Below, piece after piece: positions 27,580 to 38,148 of a DNA stretch of 64,000 nt (positions are counted from its first letter, which is position 1; every line of letters starts with the position of its first letter). Location: assembly GCA_014237395.1 (NCBI GenBank), contig JABZFP010000028.1:585-64584 (forward strand). The letters run 5' to 3'. The position numbers and the translations under genes are program-made. This DNA comes from Desulfobacteraceae bacterium. Lineage in GTDB: Bacteria; Desulfobacterota; Desulfobacteria; Desulfobacterales; UBA5852. The notes below the pieces were generated by a model, which was given only the letters and a program-made list of their open reading frames with translations, was not told where the DNA came from and searched no databases.

Positions 27580-30063
27580 TTAATCAAAATTCGCCCGAAA
27601 ACGACGATTGATTTCCAGCTTCTCCAGGGACAGGTTGACCACGTCACGCGCCTGGGGCGCCGCTTCGACATAGCGCGCCATAAACGACCGAACGGCAGGC
27701 GGATCCACCAGGCCCGCCACGGGAACGATCGCCGCAATGACCCGCTCGAACAGCAGGGGATGAAAATCCTTGAAACGGTCCTGGGTGTCCACGAACCATG
27801 ACCATAGCGCCGTCACCGCATGGGGATTTGCCGCCATGGCCACGAGTGGGATGAATCGATTGCGGTCGGGCACATGGTCCAGCACATAATCACGGGCGGC
27901 CGCCAGCGTGGCGGCGTCTCGGAAGCACCCCATGGCCGCCATGATGGTCAACCGTTCGTGTTCGCTGGCCGTTTGGTCGAGCCGGCGGGTCATCCATGTG
28001 AAGGCCCGGGCGTTGTGCAGCAGCGCACCACTCTGGAGAACGGCCTTCAGGATGTCGGGGTGAACGGTTTCCCCCGCCATGAGGCGCTGAAAGGCGCCAT
28101 CGGCAAAAGCCTGTGCCGCCTCGGATCCGTAAAGCACGGCATGCCACAGCAGTTGATCGCGCAAGGCGGCCGTCACGTGCGCTTCCTCCGGGGCCGGGCG
28201 CCAACCGATCGATGTCAACACCCGTTCGGCTATCTGCCGGCCGGCCTCAGCCGCCGCTTCCCGGGTGGCGGCGTCCCCGATCAGGTGGCTGTGGCGCAAA
28301 TGCCCGTCGATGCTCACCAGGGGCAGAAAGGCATCCTCGTCCGCGTACCATTCCAGAAAGGCCAGATACGCCTTAAAGGCAACGTCACCGGCCTGCACCC
28401 TGGCAAAAAAATCGTTCTGCAGCCCCCAGCGGTCTTCGGCGGCCAGCTGCTTGTCGCGCACCCGTTCGCCCAAAGCCGTTAAATCAGCATGCCGCTCATA
28501 ACATACTCGGTAAAAACCCGACTGACCGTCATTGATTTTAACGGCCTCGGCCGCACCGATATCCACCTGGAGGGTCTTGTCGCGCATCAATACCCGCATG
28601 CGGCGCTCACTGCCGTCCGGATCGAACAGCCGCAGCGTGAGGGGTATCGGCCAGCAACTCTCGAAATCTTCGGAAAGATAGGTGAAGCGTTCTTGCGACA
28701 GCGCCAGGGTTTGTCCGTCGCGATGCACCCGGACCAGGGGATGCCCCGGCTGTTCCACCCAGGCCCGCATGATCTCGCTGACCGGCTGGTCGGAAACCGT
28801 TTCAAAAGCTTCCCAGAACTGGAGGCTGTCGGCACACCCATAGGCATGCCGGCGAAGATAGTCGCGCAGGCCGCGCTGGAAGGCGTCATCGCCGATAAAA
28901 CCGCGAATCTGGCGCAGGACGCTGCCGCCCTTGCTGTAGATAATCGGCGCCGTGCTGGTGTTGATTACCAGGTGCTCGCCGCCGGGGATTTCAATGGGAA
29001 ACGTTTCCTGGAGGCCGTCCCGCCGCAGGGCGGCATCGGTCTGGGATAGAATGAACTGGCTCCATATGTCCCAGTCCGGTCGATAGTGATCCACGATCCC
29101 GAAGCCGAAATAAGTGGCAAAACTCTCATTAAGCCAGAGGTAGCGCCAATCCGCCGGCGTGACGAGGTTGCCGAACCACTGGTGGGTGATTTCGTGGGCC
29201 ACCACTTCGAAAATGCGCTCCTGGCCGGCTTTGGACGTGATGCCCGGATAGTCCAGCAGGAGATTTTCCCGAAACGTCACCGCCCCCCAGTTCTCCATCG
29301 CCCCGAAAGCGAAATCGGGAATGCTGATCAAGTCCATCTTGGTCAACGGGTAGGGGATGTCGAAATAGGACTCGCAGAACTGAAGGGATTGACGCCCGCA
29401 CACCAGACCCAGATCGCCATATTGCGTGCCGCCCGGCGGCGTCAAAATCCGGACCCGCTGGTCCTCCGCATCCTGAACAGACTCAAAATGCCCAGCGCCG
29501 AAAAATAAAAGATAGGTGGACATGCGGGGCGTGCGCTCAAACCGCACACACTTTTTATGGCCTTCCAGAGAAATTTCTTCCCGCACCGCGCCGTTGGAAA
29601 TCGCAGTCAAGTCAGCATCGACGGTCAGTTCGATATCAAAGGTCGCCTTGTGCCGGGGATGGTCGAAACAGGGAAACGCCCGACGGGCATCACTTTCCTG
29701 GAATTGGGTCACCGCCATAAAGTGCTCCTGGTCGTTCCACCGGTAGCCGCTGCGGTAAAACCCGGCCATGCGGTCGTTGATCAGGCCGTGGAAATCGAAT
29801 TCGAGCGTAAAGGGCCCCGAAACCCGCGATGCCAGCCGGACTTCCAACGCCTCCTTTTCCGGGTCGAGCGCAAATTCGGTCTGGATCCGCGTATCGCCCT
29901 GCTTCGCCGTGCAGCGCTTGATCTCGAGCTCGATGGCGTTCAGGTGCAGCACCGCCAGTGGCACGGTGGGCGTCATCGTCAGCCGAAGCTTCCCGTCAAA
30001 GGTAAACTTATCCAGATGCGGTTCGATTTGGAGCGCATAGTGAATATCGGTTAGATCAGACAT
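27580..30063 (-). CDS. M1 family aminopeptidase (aminopeptidase N-like)
   Basis: ORF 27580..30135 trimmed to MSDLTDIHYAL. Canonical FGAMENWG exopeptidase motif and HEITHQWFGN-X..-WLNESFA zinc site. Confidence 0.9.
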   Translation of the reverse strand: MSDLTDIHYALQIEPHLDKFTFDGKLRLTMTPTVPLAVLHLNAIELEIKRCTAKQGDTRIQTEFALDPEKEALEVRLASRVSGPFTLEFDFHGLINDRMAGFYRSGYRWNDQEHFMAVTQFQESDARRAFPCFDHPRHKATFDIELTVDADLTAISNGAVREEISLEGHKKCVRFERTPRMSTYLLFFGAGHFESVQDAEDQRVRILTPPGGTQYGDLGLVCGRQSLQFCESYFDIPYPLTKMDLISIPDFAFGAMENWGAVTFRENLLLDYPGITSKAGQERIFEVVAHEITHQWFGNLVTPADWRYLWLNESFATYFGFGIVDHYRPDWDIWSQFILSQTDAALRRDGLQETFPIEIPGGEHLVINTSTAPIIYSKGGSVLRQIRGFIGDDAFQRGLRDYLRRHAYGCADSLQFWEAFETVSDQPVSEIMRAWVEQPGHPLVRVHRDGQTLALSQERFTYLSEDFESCWPIPLTLRLFDPDGSERRMRVLMRDKTLQVDIGAAEAVKINDGQSGFYRVCYERHADLTALGERVRDKQLAAEDRWGLQNDFFARVQAGDVAFKAYLAFLEWYADEDAFLPLVSIDGHLRHSHLIGDAATREAAAEAGRQIAERVLTSIGWRPAPEEAHVTAALRDQLLWHAVLYGSEAAQAFADGAFQRLMAGETVHPDILKAVLQSGALLHNARAFTWMTRRLDQTASEHERLTIMAAMGCFRDAATLAAARDYVLDHVPDRNRFIPLVAMAANPHAVTALWSWFVDTQDRFKDFHPLLFERVIAAIVPVAGLVDPPAVRSFMARYVEAAPQARDVVNLSLEKLEINRRFRANFD

Positions 30064-30235
30064 GAAAATCCTCTTCGTAGATTTGGGGTGCTGAAAATAG
30101 AGCTGAGCAAATGACGGATTGGGTTTCGGATACAAGCGGCATCAATCGCGGCATACGTGTCGGGTGGGATCATAGGTGCAATGCCATGGCCGGGCGACCC
30201 CGCAAAAAGGATCGGGCGGTTTGGTTCCCCGGCCT

Positions 30236-32428
30236 TTACATCAAATCTTTTAGGTTGCGCAACCGAACCACCATCTCGTGCAGCGACGTTTCGGCCTGTT
30301 TCAAAAATGTCCGAAGGGGCGGCAATTCTTCATGCGAGAAATCCTTGACCGCCGTTGCCAGACGCACTTTCAGCGGAAGCCCTTTGATATTGTAGACATG
30401 CCGATGGAGTTCACTGACAATGCGCTGGCGGGCCGTCTGGGCATCTTCAGGGATGGTCATGGGTAGCAGCCAGATCATGCGGCTTTTGTCCAGCGATCCC
30501 ACCATGTCCGGATCCCGGGCAATGCGGGCCAGTCGCTCGAGCACCGCCAGGTAGACGTCGTCTTGATTGATCGCCCCGGGGGCGGCCTTGGCCCGGGGGA
30601 TCGCCCGGATGATGGCAAAAAGCACGACCGAAAAGGGCGTGCCGTACCGCACGGCCCGCTGGATTTCCTTTTCGGTAAAAAACAGGATGCTGGACCGGTT
30701 CAAGGCTCCGCTGGGGATATCTTTTTTTTCCTTCTGCTTTTTCCAGGCAATGCGCCCCTTGACGATCTCCTGATAGACCTCTTTGAAATTCTTCTCGTCC
30801 ACACCCCGCTCGCGCAGCGAACCGCGCACGTGATCCAGAATCGAATGGAGCTCTTCCCCTTCATCCGTTCCGGCTTCCAAGGCGCCTAACACACTGAACT
30901 CGCGCAACTCCTTGGCGTCCACCGGCAAGGACTGGCGTTTATCCCAATCCACCTGCAAGCGGTCCAACATCCCTTCCATCCGCTGCTTCAGGCGCTCCTC
31001 GACTTCCTGCAGGATATCGGGTTTGACGTCCTTGCTTTTCAGGCGATCGAGAATTTGCGACTGGACTCGCCGATACACTTTGTCCAGGTGTGATGCACCG
31101 CCGTCTTCGTTGGCGGCCTCGTCCATCGACAGTTGACCGCCGACACGCTCCACATAGTCCACCAGAAGATCCGACAGGAGCTTTTCATCGCCCGTTCCTT
31201 TCCGAATTTCCGCGGAAAGATAGATCAGTTCCGCCGCGATCTGGGGACTGGTCATCACCTCCTTGATCAGTTCTTCTCCGTCCACGCCGATGGTGGCCGC
31301 GCTTTTCTGCAACACTTGGGCAAGCCCCTGGCTCTGAAGCTCGCGCCCCAACTCTTCCACCAGTTCGGCGAAATCCGTCGGCGGCATGCCTTCTTCCAGC
31401 AGGGCCCGCTTGAGGGTCGGCAATAGCCGCTGGATCTCCGCCGGATCCGGCACCAGGCGACGCAGGATCTGGGCCAGGCGTTTGACCGATACTTCCCCCC
31501 CGCGATATTCCTGCCGCACCAGTTGCACGAACACGCGATCCGTCAACTGGTCGGCTTCGTCACGGATCAACGCCTCGTCACTATAGACAACCCCGACCGT
31601 TTTCTGGGATTCGATCCCGCTGAGCAGTTTCCGTTTCATGTCGAAAACCGCCTCGGCCAGCTCCGCCAAACCGGCACCTTCCATATCGGGCGCCACTTTT
31701 TCCACTTCACCGCGCAGTCGGGTCAGCTGTTTGACAATCACCGGGCCGGACGGGCCGCCACCGCCACCACCATCGGCCCTGGCGGATGCAAGGTCGGAGT
31801 CGATCAAGGCCCGGGATGCCGCCCCGGGGTTGTCGATCACCATGCGCAGCGACATGGCCTGTTCCAGTTCTTCGGCCACCAGCCCTCCCGCCACCACATC
31901 CAGGATGCTGCTGCCTTTCCCGTCACCGCTCCACGTCCCGCCCTCGCTCGTCTTTTCCAGGGCTTCCCGGGAAACCACTTCGTCGTCTTCGGTGACCTTG
32001 CGGAAAAAGACGTGATTGATCTTGATGGCACCCACCCCCTTGCGCTTGAGTTCCTTTTTCATGGCCTCCGCGCTGGCGTAGGATGTCAGATCGGTAAAGA
32101 TACGCACAAACTCGGACACATCGGTAGTTTGGACTCCCCTTTCAAAGGAGACCGACTGGATACCCACTTTTTTAAAATGGGACACCATGCGGGCAACGTT
32201 CAATCGGGGATCAAGGGGCTCGTCTTCGATAAAAAACTGGTCCCGATTCATGATAAGGACCAGCGGCGACTGCACCTTGAGCGCGTTAGCGATGGTCTGG
32301 GAAAAATCCTTGATAGACTGGGCGGTATAGGGATGTTCCGACTGGTACATGGTCGACCGGTTGAACAACAGGGAAAAGGATCGACCGATGCGGTCGTATT
32401 CGGTTTTCTTCAGTTTATCCTTTGCCAT
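30236..32428 (-). CDS. large conserved hypothetical protein (730 aa); C-terminus possibly a degenerate GGDEF-like fold
   Basis: Clean long ORF with coding-like composition. The C-terminal RYGTPFSVVLFAI...VGSLDKSRMIWLL resembles a GGDEF domain without the GGDEF signature (weak call). Confidence 0.7.
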   Translation of the reverse strand: MAKDKLKKTEYDRIGRSFSLLFNRSTMYQSEHPYTAQSIKDFSQTIANALKVQSPLVLIMNRDQFFIEDEPLDPRLNVARMVSHFKKVGIQSVSFERGVQTTDVSEFVRIFTDLTSYASAEAMKKELKRKGVGAIKINHVFFRKVTEDDEVVSREALEKTSEGGTWSGDGKGSSILDVVAGGLVAEELEQAMSLRMVIDNPGAASRALIDSDLASARADGGGGGGPSGPVIVKQLTRLRGEVEKVAPDMEGAGLAELAEAVFDMKRKLLSGIESQKTVGVVYSDEALIRDEADQLTDRVFVQLVRQEYRGGEVSVKRLAQILRRLVPDPAEIQRLLPTLKRALLEEGMPPTDFAELVEELGRELQSQGLAQVLQKSAATIGVDGEELIKEVMTSPQIAAELIYLSAEIRKGTGDEKLLSDLLVDYVERVGGQLSMDEAANEDGGASHLDKVYRRVQSQILDRLKSKDVKPDILQEVEERLKQRMEGMLDRLQVDWDKRQSLPVDAKELREFSVLGALEAGTDEGEELHSILDHVRGSLRERGVDEKNFKEVYQEIVKGRIAWKKQKEKKDIPSGALNRSSILFFTEKEIQRAVRYGTPFSVVLFAIIRAIPRAKAAPGAINQDDVYLAVLERLARIARDPDMVGSLDKSRMIWLLPMTIPEDAQTARQRIVSELHRHVYNIKGLPLKVRLATAVKDFSHEELPPLRTFLKQAETSLHEMVVRLRNLKDLM

Positions 32429-32521
32429 AGCGCCTGATTCTCCAAATCATACCGAGTTGATCCTGGTGCTCAAAGGCCGGCAGCACGGACGATGCCCCCT
32501 TCTGTTCGAAACGCTCCGGTT

Positions 32522-33472
32522 TCAATTAGACTGCGCATAGGTTTCTAAATCCTGCTTGAACTGACGGCAGTCCTCATAGCGATCCTCTTTCCGGTAGGCC
32601 GTCGCCTTAAAAACGATCCGATCGATGGCTTCGTCGGCAGAGGGATTCATCTCCGACGGTCGCTTGAGAAAGATGCCGTCCTTGCGCCGCACTTTCTGCT
32701 TCAACAAATCCGTTTTGGAGCTGTAAGGCGGAAACGGCAGTTCAGGGGCCAGCATTTTAAACAACATGGTTCCCACGGCATAGATATCACTGCGGGCATC
32801 GACCACCCGCCCCAGAATCTGCTCCGGCGGCATGTAGACGGGGGTGCCCTGGATCATTGGCATCCGCTCGTCTTCTCCGCGCAGGACCTTGGCCACCCCG
32901 AAATCGGTAATCAATGGCCGCTGGGTATGCTTTTCCACCAAGATATTGTCCGGTTTGATATCCCGATGGATAATATCTTCACCATGGGCGTAGTAAAGGG
33001 CATCCAGAACCTCCGTGGTGATCCGGACGGCCTCCTCCAAAGGCAGCGTTCGGCGGGACGGTAGCAGATTCTTCCGCACCATATCGATAATGCGTCCCAG
33101 CGATTTGCCCTGCACCAGCTGCATGGTAAAAAAAAGAAAGTCGTCGGTCTCACCCACCTCGTAAACGGGGATGATATTGGGGTGAGAAAGAATCGCCGCC
33201 GATTCGGCCTCCGACTGAAACCGCTGCGCCGTCTTGGGTGTCAGAAGCTTCTTGGGAAGAATCTTCAAGGCAATCTGGCGCTTCAATGTCCGCTGGTAGG
33301 CAATAAAGACAATGGCCATCCCCCCGCGGGCCAGCTCTTTGAGGATCGTGGCGGTGCCGACTTCTTTCCCGATCAGGTGATCAACGTTTATGTTAGCAAT
33401 GGCGCCCATGGCATTCACCGCCTTCGGCTTCTCGAATAAGGCCGTCGCATGATGCCCTGCCGTCAAAGCCAT
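32522..33472 (-). CDS. Ser/Thr protein kinase (Hanks type)
   Basis: 316 aa. IALKIL (VAIK-like Lys), HRDIKPDNIL catalytic loop, DFGVAK, GTPVYMPPEQ. The true start may be the internal ATG at 33409 (MGAIANI). Confidence 0.85.
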   Translation of the reverse strand: MALTAGHHATALFEKPKAVNAMGAIANINVDHLIGKEVGTATILKELARGGMAIVFIAYQRTLKRQIALKILPKKLLTPKTAQRFQSEAESAAILSHPNIIPVYEVGETDDFLFFTMQLVQGKSLGRIIDMVRKNLLPSRRTLPLEEAVRITTEVLDALYYAHGEDIIHRDIKPDNILVEKHTQRPLITDFGVAKVLRGEDERMPMIQGTPVYMPPEQILGRVVDARSDIYAVGTMLFKMLAPELPFPPYSSKTDLLKQKVRRKDGIFLKRPSEMNPSADEAIDRIVFKATAYRKEDRYEDCRQFKQDLETYAQSN

Positions 33473-33874
33473 CCGTTATGATGCCGATCCGTTCATCGAC
33501 ATCATGGGAATGGGAAAAAGCCGGTCAGCGGCACTGAACTGGTAAAGAACCTACTGAATCTTTTATTTATATTACAATTGACGCCCCAGGTCAAACCCCG
33601 TAAAGGGCATAAAATGGCAACGAGCACAACGGCGTCAATTGTCCAAACGCGTTTTGACATGACAATTATGATTGCTAAATTATCGGGGAACCAAGATTAA
33701 TGGACTCGTAAAAAGCCATGTTTCAGACGGTTTCGAAAAACGTTCGAGATACGTCTTGTGAATCCCGAGGAGCGAGGCGTATTTGTTGTACGCCGCAGTA
33801 ACGAGGGGTGAAGCGTAACGCCGATATCGAGCGTTTTACGAAACCGTCAAGATCGAAAGGCGACCCGGCATCCA

Positions 33875-36016
33875 ATGGCTTTTGCTGCTCCACGAAAACT
33901 TCTTGAATTTTCCCAGCGGGGAACACCGACCCGGCGAATCATGGGGGTAGGCTTTACAGCGGTTTTTTGGCTTCTACTCTGCTCCAAGAGTGTTGCGTTT
34001 CAGGCCTCCCACGAATTGACGGTCGTTATCGATCCGGATAAAGGCGCTCTGTCGGGAACCGACCGAATCCTTCTGAGCGACGTCCCGCAGGACCTGCTGC
34101 CGATTGGGCTGCATCCCCGCATCCGCATCCAATCCCTGCAGGTCAATGGCCGCCCCCAGGCAGCCGTTGCCGGCGATTCAGGTCTGGTCGTTGACCTGTC
34201 AGGGGCAGACCGAAGCATGCCCATCGAACTGATCCTCCATTTTGACGGGCGCTTCCAGGACGAAGCGCCGGTACTGCCCGTCAATACCGACAATCCCGGT
34301 TACGGCGTTACGGGAACGATCAGCCCCCGGGGGACACTGCTGCTCGGTGGCGCGGGTTGGTATCCCGCCATCGATGGGGCCGTCGAGACCCTGCGGGTGC
34401 GGGTGGAAGCGCCCGAGGGATGGACCGCCGTGACGGCGGGCCGATCCACCGGCGTTGCCACGATGGCTGGCAAAACCGTTTCGAGCTGGCAGGTCGATCC
34501 GCCGGCCGAACGCCTGGCCCTGTCCGTCGGTCGCTACACGACAACGGCGTCCCAAGCGGGTGACATCGAAACCGCGACCTACCTGTTGTCCGACGATCCT
34601 CGACTGGCTGACACCTACTTGAAGGCCACGTCAGGCTATCTTTCCCTCTATGAAAACCAGTTCGGCCCATATCCTTTCCCGAAATTCGCCATCGTCGAAA
34701 ATTTTTTCCCCACCGGCTATGGGTTTCCCTCCTATACGCTCATCGGCGGCCGTGTGCTGCGGCTGCCCTTTATCGTCCAAACAAGCCTGGGGCATGAAAT
34801 CGCCCATTGCTGGTGGGGCAATGGTGTCCGTATCGACCCCGCCGACGGCAACTGGAGCGAAGGGTTGACCAGTTACGTGGCCGAGCACCAGTACCAGGAA
34901 ATGGATTCGGCCGAGGCCGGCCGGCAGCACCGCCGACAGCTTCTCAGGAACTACGCCACCATCGTCGCCCCCCGGGAGGATTTTCCCCTGCGCCGGTTTA
35001 CCCACCGCTACAACCCGCTGACCAAAGTTGTCGGCTATGACAAAAGCGCCATGGTCTTCCACATGCTGCGGCAAACCCTCGGCGATACGGCCTTCCAAGC
35101 AGGGCTGCGGCAGCTTTATGCCACGCGTCTTCACCAGAAAACCGGCTGGCAGGATGTGCAGGCTGCCTTCGAGGCCGTCGCGGGCACCAACCTTTCCTGG
35201 TTTTTTGAGCAGTGGCTCGATCGCGCAGGGGCTCCCACCCTGTGGTTGGCGGACGTGCAAACCGCGACGGTTTCCCCTAAGACCTATCGCGTCCAAGGCG
35301 TTCTGCGGCAGAACCCGCCGTTCTATCGGCTGCAGGTACCGGTGACCCTTTCCAGCCAGACATCCGAGGCGATTGTCACAGTCGCCATCGATGGACCGGC
35401 GGCGCCTTTTCAGATCACCGTTGCCGGCCAACCGACCCGCCTCGCAGCGGATCCGGAAACCCACCTCTTTCGCCGTCTGACCCCGGCCGAAATACCCGCT
35501 TCCATCAATAAACTTAAGCGAAATGCGCCCCTCCTGGTGGTCATTCCCTCAGATCATATAACCCCCGAGCAGCAACAAGCGGCTCGGACACTTGCCTCCG
35601 CCCTGGGCCGCCGCGAAATGACGATCGCACGTGAAAAAGACCTTGATTTCAATCAGGCGCCAACCCACGACCTGGTGGTGATGGGAATTCCCGAACATCC
35701 GCGGCTGAAGCGCGCCTTACAAGATCGCGTCACGCTCCACCCCCAGGGCTTCGACCTCAACGGAGAGGCCTATCGGGCGCCAACGGACTGTTTTTTCGGG
35801 GTGTGGCCCCATCCACTGTCCCAAGAGCACACCATGGCCGTCATGCTTTATGGCAACCAACGCCATCTGGAAACGATCGCGCGCAAAATCCCGCATTACG
35901 GCCGTTACAGTTTCCTGGTGTTCGCGGAAACCACCAACCGGGTTAAAGGGATCTGGCCGACGGCATCGTCTCCCCTGGTCTATGACTGGCCCTCCGACCC
36001 CCCGGGTTCGCCCTGA
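33875..36016 (+). CDS. secreted M1-like (gluzincin) peptidase lacking the GAMEN motif
   Basis: 713 aa. HEIAHCWWGN...WSEGLTSY zinc site, but the position of GAMEN reads FPTGYGFPSY. Signal-like N-terminus; an alternative start at 33941 (MGVGFTAVFWLLL) is plausible. Confidence 0.75.
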   Translation: MAFAAPRKLLEFSQRGTPTRRIMGVGFTAVFWLLLCSKSVAFQASHELTVVIDPDKGALSGTDRILLSDVPQDLLPIGLHPRIRIQSLQVNGRPQAAVAGDSGLVVDLSGADRSMPIELILHFDGRFQDEAPVLPVNTDNPGYGVTGTISPRGTLLLGGAGWYPAIDGAVETLRVRVEAPEGWTAVTAGRSTGVATMAGKTVSSWQVDPPAERLALSVGRYTTTASQAGDIETATYLLSDDPRLADTYLKATSGYLSLYENQFGPYPFPKFAIVENFFPTGYGFPSYTLIGGRVLRLPFIVQTSLGHEIAHCWWGNGVRIDPADGNWSEGLTSYVAEHQYQEMDSAEAGRQHRRQLLRNYATIVAPREDFPLRRFTHRYNPLTKVVGYDKSAMVFHMLRQTLGDTAFQAGLRQLYATRLHQKTGWQDVQAAFEAVAGTNLSWFFEQWLDRAGAPTLWLADVQTATVSPKTYRVQGVLRQNPPFYRLQVPVTLSSQTSEAIVTVAIDGPAAPFQITVAGQPTRLAADPETHLFRRLTPAEIPASINKLKRNAPLLVVIPSDHITPEQQQAARTLASALGRREMTIAREKDLDFNQAPTHDLVVMGIPEHPRLKRALQDRVTLHPQGFDLNGEAYRAPTDCFFGVWPHPLSQEHTMAVMLYGNQRHLETIARKIPHYGRYSFLVFAETTNRVKGIWPTASSPLVYDWPSDPPGSP

Positions 36017-36646
36017 CCCCTCCGAGCTGCTGACGGCAACGACCGGGAACCAACCATGTCCCTGCGAGGGCTTTTCGCTTGACAGTGCCCATAGCAAATG
36101 ATTACGTTGGTGTATATTGAAGTAACGTTTCTACCCCCTGATCTCTTTCGCGATCAAGCTGATGGCAGGCCTCGACCACACGCCCCTATCGCCTGGACAT
36201 GCGACACTCCAAGACCTCACATGGCAACCACCACGCACCACGGGAAAATGTCACGCTGTGACTGAATTCCATTAGGTTTCAACCCTCTTCACAAACGGCA
36301 TGCCGGTTTAACGGCCGACAGATAGTTTTTGCAATCGTCAGGGATGGACCCGGGACGCCGGCGCCGGCCTTGCGCCGACGCATCCGCCTGTTGCGGCCGA
36401 CCCCGTCATTGCGTCCCCGCTGTGTCGAGACAAGCGTCCCGGTGTCCCCCCTGATTTGGGGCTGTTGCACCCCACCCCGATACGTTCGATAACGGACCGC
36501 ACATCGATGGGAAATTGCCGCATGGGCACCCGCTTGCATCCTTTCTCCATCAGACCCGCGGTATCGTTGGCGAACACGGGATAGAGGGCAAAGCAACATC
36601 CGACGATAGCATTCGGCAACCACCACCACGACGGGAGGAGGAGCGT

Positions 36647-37276
36647 ATGGAAAAAAACTTGCTCAACTACGAGACCCTATTGAAAATCACACAGCGCATT
36701 TCCATGTCACGGGAATTTGACGATATCGCCTTGTTGAGCGTCACCGGCGTCCGAGATGCCCTGGAAGCGAAGGGATGCGCCCTTTTTCTGATCAATCCCA
36801 AAACGCAGGAGCTGGAGCTGGCATCTTCCACCGGCCTCAGCCATGAGTATCTGCACAAGGGCCCGGTCAGCGCCCTGCGCTCCATCGCCGATTCGCTCAA
36901 GGAAGGCCCGGTGGCCATCTATGATGTCAAGGACGACCCACGCATCCAGTACCCGGCCGAAGCCGTAAAGGAAGGCATCGCCTCCATCCTGGCCGTTCCC
37001 ATCATGGCCCGCGGCAACCCCATCGGCGCCATTCGCATCTACACGGCCGAGCCATGGGAATTCAAGATTGAAGATGTCAGTTTTGTCCAGGCGGTCGCCC
37101 AGATTGCCGGAATGGCCATTGAAATGTCCCGCCTCTTCAAAGGACTCAAGAGCAGCATCGAGATTCTCAAAGCGGCCCGTGATACGCGTGAAATGGGTGC
37201 CAAACGCTGGACGCCGCATGAAGGGGTGCCGGTCAGCGCCGGAAAAATGCGCTATTCCACGGAAAGTTCCACCTGA
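36647..37276 (+). CDS. GAF domain protein
   Basis: ORF 36515..37276 trimmed to MEKNLLNYE behind RBS gggaggagga. GAF-like core CALFLINPKTQELELASSTG...ASILAVPIMARGNPIGAIRIY. Confidence 0.7.
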   Translation: MEKNLLNYETLLKITQRISMSREFDDIALLSVTGVRDALEAKGCALFLINPKTQELELASSTGLSHEYLHKGPVSALRSIADSLKEGPVAIYDVKDDPRIQYPAEAVKEGIASILAVPIMARGNPIGAIRIYTAEPWEFKIEDVSFVQAVAQIAGMAIEMSRLFKGLKSSIEILKAARDTREMGAKRWTPHEGVPVSAGKMRYSTESST

Positions 37277-37437
37277 TACCGACCGGAGGGCGGATATGGT
37301 CATTCTAAAATAGCGGGCGACGTGATTGCCACCAGCGGCGTCGCCCGCCTTTTATAGAACGCGTTATCCATCGCAGGGCGTCTGCCCGCGGGGAAAAACG
37401 CACGGGTATCGACCCGACGGTCGGAAGAGAAACCACT

Positions 37438-37872
37438 ATGAAAGGGAGCTGCATTCTTCTACCGGTGGATGGTTCGGCGCACGCCGATCAGGCCGCGGAC
37501 TGCGCGGTTGACTTAGCGCGCCTGGCAGAGGGCCGGATTCTCCTGCTCTACTGTCACCGACCCTTTCCCAAAGTCATCGGGGAGCCCTATCTTCAGGCCA
37601 TGATCACGCGCACCCTGGAAGACGCGCAGGAGCGCTTGACGCCTTATTGCGACCGCCTTCGTCAAGCCGGTGTGCAATTCGAGGACCGCATCATTGAGGG
37701 TCCGGCGGGAAAGGCCATCGTAGAGGTTGCAGCCATCGAGAAATGCAACTTTATTGTGATGGGCACCCGGGGTAGAAGCGACCTGCAGGGCCTTTTATTG
37801 GGGAGTGTGACCCATCGGGTGCTCCAGACAGCCCCCTGCCCGGTCCTGGTGACCCGTCACGGCCAGACATAA
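37438..37872 (+). CDS. universal stress protein (UspA family)
   Basis: 144 aa. VMGTRGRSDLQGLLLGSVTHRVLQTAPCPVLV. Confidence 0.85.
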   Translation: MKGSCILLPVDGSAHADQAADCAVDLARLAEGRILLLYCHRPFPKVIGEPYLQAMITRTLEDAQERLTPYCDRLRQAGVQFEDRIIEGPAGKAIVEVAAIEKCNFIVMGTRGRSDLQGLLLGSVTHRVLQTAPCPVLVTRHGQT

Positions 37873-37891
37873 GTCATCCACACCTGTTTAA

Positions 37892-38148
37892 CCCGAACAT
37901 TTCATGAAATTTTTTCATACACCATAAATTTTATGTAAATATTCAGTGGTATAAAAGCTATTCGGGGTATAATTTTCAGGTGACCCTTTGTACCCTTTGC
38001 CCATTTCCAAAATCATCGATAAAATTTCACCCTGCGGGCGCACCCGAGATGCCCATTGGCCGCGTTATCATGGGCTTGCGGTAGCATTCGTACAGCGGCG
38101 CCCCTGATGCCTTGCCAATGAACATCTCGAACGCGTGAAATATTCGGG
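37892..38148. mobile_element. MITE copy 2 (intact, 257 bp)
   Basis: cccgaacatttcatgaaa...cgtgaaatattcggg, flanked by TTAA on both sides (gtTTAA|ccc ... ggg|TTAAtc), which looks like a 4-bp target-site duplication. Confidence 0.8.
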
